Of a stretch of 64,000 nucleotides of DNA, positions 55,815 to 64,000 are shown one piece after another (position 1 is the stretch's first letter; each line of letters opens with the position of its first letter). The position numbers were made by a program, and so were the translations under genes. The stretch spans positions 314,340,001 to 314,404,000 of the forward strand of contig OZ024742.1 of the NCBI GenBank assembly GCA_964016885.1. The letters run 5' to 3'. The notes below the pieces were generated by a model, which was given only the letters and a program-made list of their open reading frames with translations, searched no databases and was not told where the DNA came from. This DNA comes from Eledone cirrhosa. Taxonomy: Eukaryota.

Positions 55815-56260
55815 AGAGGCTATGTTCTGATTTCAAATCCCGCTGTGGTCAGCCTTGCCTTTCATCAATCCAAGGCGTATAGAATACAGTACCTATTAAT
55901 TACGGGGCTCGATATAATAAACTTTCCTCTGCTGACGAATTGCTGGCCTTGTGCTAATGTTAAATATATAAAGATCCCATAACTCCTTGTGGAGTCGTAG
56001 AGGTACAATCAAACCGCGTGTCTAGGGCACTTTTAAACATGGTGAAGCCCAACGATCACCAGATCTGATCACAGCCGACTTTGTTCGATAGAGGAAGAAT
56101 CGACCCCAGTACTGGATTGGTAGTTTTTTTTATCAACCTCGAAAGGATGAGAGGCAATGTTGATCCCGGCTGGATTTGAACTCAGAGCGCGCAATGAGAT
56201 GGGACGAACACCGTAAAGCATTTTATCCGACGTCTTAACGACTCTGTCAATTCGCCGTGC
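55815..56260. mobile_element. Two old diverged Nin-like SINE copies (+ 55815-55960; - 56095-56260)
   Basis: Degenerate TTCAAATCC..GCCTTTCATC core. Confidence 0.6.
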
Positions 56261-56839
56261 TAATGTTAACAAGGATTAAAATAAAGAGCACTGCATCTCC
56301 ATCATGAGAAAATTCTAAATTACCACGTCATCTATGAATTCATGTGAATAATTTCAGTCATCTATTCACTGGTTTTCATATCAATTTTTTATCGCTTTGC
56401 TTTTTGCCTTCCTAGCGCTCATAATGATAAGATTGAATATCATATCATGTTAATTTATCTCCACTGTAAATCCATGATACCAGCGTCACAGATCGATACA
56501 TGGAATATAAAGATACCACATTAAATCAGAAATCCAGTAGAAAAAATTGTAATATAAATTCACATTTTATTTTATGATGAAATCAAATATGATGATCTTG
56601 AATGAAGATAACTTAACACCATTGATCTGTTTATGGAGAAATATATTCACACTTTAACTTTGCGGATCATAATTATTGATAATGTTTTGAGTTCTGGTGC
56701 CAAAGGGGAGATGATTTATGAATAATTAATAACGAGGGCGATGCATTTCGTATATTATTACTCCTATTATGATTCAAAGCTAATTATTTCCACTAGTGAT
56801 TTTTATTAGTTTAATGACCTATACACTTATGAAAGCAGC

Positions 56840-56936
<97 letters not shown>

Positions 56937-57169
56937 CCTCATATCCACATATACACACACATATATAAATCCACTCCCCCACATACACCCAAACACGTAC
57001 AATTCTATCCGATTACATATACCAGAGTGTGGGAAGGTGTGTGTAAGCGAGAAGCGCCGCTCCCCTATTGCCAACCCACCTGAAAGGTTAGTAACACCGA
57101 GTAAATAATGACCTGGTCCTAGCCGACCCATCCAATACTTGCTTGCTGGAAAGACTGGCGTTAGTCGAT

Positions 57170-57340
57170 GTGGATAATCCATTGAAACATTTTCCTTTCG
57201 ATTTTTGTGATTGCAAACATGTACATTTTCATACTTCTTTGTATTGTTCGAAGGGTCTTCTCCATGTTTTTGTCACCGACCTTGTCTTCGTTAGTATGAT
57301 ACACTGATCAAAATCCTTCGGTTAAAGCATGTTACTTTCC
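57170..57340 (-). pseudogene. Old RTE-like fragment
   Basis: KNMEKTLRTIQRSMKMYMFAITKIERKMFQWI resembles the RTE post-RT region. Confidence 0.4.
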
Positions 57341-57959
57341 ATGGTGGCTTTAAATTTACCAAATTTACAACATCCATGTGTTTATACTTTCTCTCTATGG
57401 TTATATACCACGATTTACAGATGTTTAAGATAAATGTATTTGTCAGTTTTAGGCTAGACCGGTACATTGGTAGTGCTTTGGGTGAAATGCATTTTGTAAT
57501 ATTTCCTTACGACCTTCTACATTTTAATTTCAAATTCCACCGGTCAACAATGTCTTTCACCATTCCAGGGTATATATAATAATGTACGAGTTAATACTCT
57601 TGCAAGTATAATCGACTTTCCACTTCACCAAGTAAATGAAATTATCGCTGCTAAAAATCAGTTGCCATAAATAGTCTTATATCTCTAGGTTTCTTGGCAA
57701 CATACTGTTATTCACTTATGTTGTGCTTTAATTACAAACAGTTATAATACTAACTGCATCAGTGGAAATTTCATGGTTGTTGGAAACACAAACACGATCT
57801 TCACTTTGATATATATTTGTTATTTCACCATTGTGTCATTTCTATCACCATACATTGTTATAATCATAATATGTACCATAATATAATCATAATATGTACC
57901 ATTAATTTAATAATACTTTATATGCCATAATTTTATGGATATATTTTCTATTAGTTTTC

Positions 57960-58128
57960 TTTTGGCAGAATCGGTAGAGGTCGTACGCCATGCTTTGCAG
58001 CATAGATTTACGGCCCTTTACGGTTTGACTTCAAATCCCACCGAGGTTAACTTTGCCTTTTAGCCTTACGGGGTCGATAAAATGAAGCGCCAATAATTGC
58101 TGGCCTTGTCTCAAAAGTAGAACCAATT
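57960..58128 (+). mobile_element. Nin-domain-like SINE copy
   Basis: Diverged unit. Confidence 0.75.
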
Positions 58129-58322
58129 ATTTTAGTAGAAAGATATCTGGAAACGCAAGATATAGAGAGTTTTATATGTTGTGAATGACTTGGTGTTACA
58201 AATGATAAGAGAATTATAACGAAGAAAAATGTGGATACAATCAGCATTAACGTTTCTAATGTAAAATATATTCAAGGTAATATATATTCATGTAAAAAAT
58301 AAATTATCTGCCCATCTCTCTC

Positions 58323-62560
<4,238 letters not shown>

Positions 62561-63037
62561 ATATATATATATATATACACACAGAGGTATCAACAGTAAG
62601 TTGTGGGATCTATTATATCTAGAAACGATCGTAAAGCAGTGAAGTATATCTCTAATGACTTTTATATTTTTTATTTCACAGTTTTTATTTCATTTTTTTA
62701 TTTCATTTTTTTTTCATTTGTTTTTCATTTTTTATTTCATTTTTATTTCATTGTTTTAACTTATACTGCCGTCGGGGTCATACTTTTTCCTATTTCCCAC
62801 TCTACTACCCTAAGTATTGAGTACTCTGGTGCGTTATGGTCCATCTGGTTCCTTACCACATTTCATTTGTTATATATATATATATATATATCACCTTGTT
62901 CACCTTGACCGACCAGTCTGTCGGGTGCCAATCGGCGCCGCTCGTCACACAACGTCGTGCTGTTTTAGCCATAAGATAACGCCATCCCACTGGCTGGGCG
63001 GGCAGGCCGGTACTCATTTCTATATATACACACACAC

Positions 63038-63068
<31 letters not shown>

Positions 63069-63081
63069 TGTGTGTGTGTGT

Positions 63082-63114
<33 letters not shown>

Positions 63115-63490
63115 AGTGCCTATCTATCTGCCTATCGATCCACCATCCTATCTTTATTTCCATATATCTGTCTACCTGACAATAGTTATATGTTTACCAA
63201 AGATCTATTTTGAAAAGAAAAATAGTCTCAACCAAAGAATACAAATCCCAATAGCATTCCTCTTATATATAGACAGAAAATATAAAAGAGAATTGTTATT
63301 TATTTATTGCATGAACAATGAAATACGATAGTCAGAGTGTCAGGAGGTAGGAGGTCAAAAATAGTCGAACAAGCCTCTTTACAGAGGACGTTGCAATAAA
63401 AGAATTCAGGCTGGTTGGTTGGTTCGATAATGACTGAATTTTTATTTTGTCTCTCTCCTTTGTTCTGGCCTACAGCATCTTGTTTTTGTA

Positions 63491-63539
63491 TTTTGTCACT
63501 GATGAGGTCACAGAAGGTGTGACGAAAGAGCTTTGAAAA
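63491..63539 (+). ncRNA. Minimal hammerhead (slightly decayed) between 21-bp inverted repeats
   Basis: TTGTCA CTGATGA G GTCAC AGAAGGT GTGAC GAAA GAGC TT TGAAAA; flanked by GGCTGGTTGGTTGGTTCGATAA (63409) and its reverse complement (63560). Confidence 0.6.
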
Positions 63540-63865
63540 TATCTAGATAAGCCATAAGCTTATCGAACCAACCAACCAGCCAACCAACCGCAAATCTTTA
63601 ATAAATTGAAGTGAAAACTACAGGTGCGTGTGTTTTAATTGGCAGCATGACCCTCCCAAAGTATAAAAATATAAATTTCAATACACGTTTTCAGATTAGA
63701 AATCTTGCAAAACAAATTCAAAAACGAAGTAAAAACCACAGACCCTCCATCTCAACTCACCTTTTGAAAAGCAGAAGAACTGCGAAACCGGTAAAGGAAC
63801 CAAATAAATATATATATTTAAAAAAAAATAAGACTTCAGTTGCATTTTCGATTTCATCCCTTTTT

Positions 63866-63899
<34 letters not shown>

Positions 63900-64000
63900 A
63901 AACAATGAAATTTCATTTCGCACTCTTAGTACGGCTGATACTTAAATATTAAATATGTATAATTCGGGCTGTTTGTTTACAAACAAACCGAACATTATAA

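Overview
This is AT-rich eukaryotic (animal) intergenic or intronic DNA. It is probably an octopod cephalopod, inferred from the abundant Nin-domain-like tRNA-SINE family and the massive (TA)n/(CA)n/(GA)n microsatellites. No intact host gene was found, and most of the ORF track is microsatellite artefact. The window is a graveyard of retroelements: two L1/Tx1-type LINE copies (1.3-9.8 kb), R4/Dong, RTE and mariner fragments, about 20 SINE copies, and at least five decayed Penelope-like elements (PLEs; RT plus C-terminal GIY-YIG). Three of the PLEs resemble the Hydra clade (SxKNIP N-terminus, GLYxDDxL RT motif, CNC linker). The most striking signal is a dense set of type I hammerhead ribozyme (HHR) motifs: about 10 unrelated families and about 20 copies, read by eye with pairing stems. 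They sit in PLE pseudo-LTRs and in short non-coding, often head-to-head palindromic elements inserted in (TA)n. Many show unusual but recurrent features: a non-Watson-Crick pair at the base of stem II, NUU cleavage triplets, CAGAAGA or CCGAAGA cores, long stem II inserts, and a shared downstream TTGAGYACTCT motif. All calls are from manual reading, and coordinates of decayed elements are approximate.
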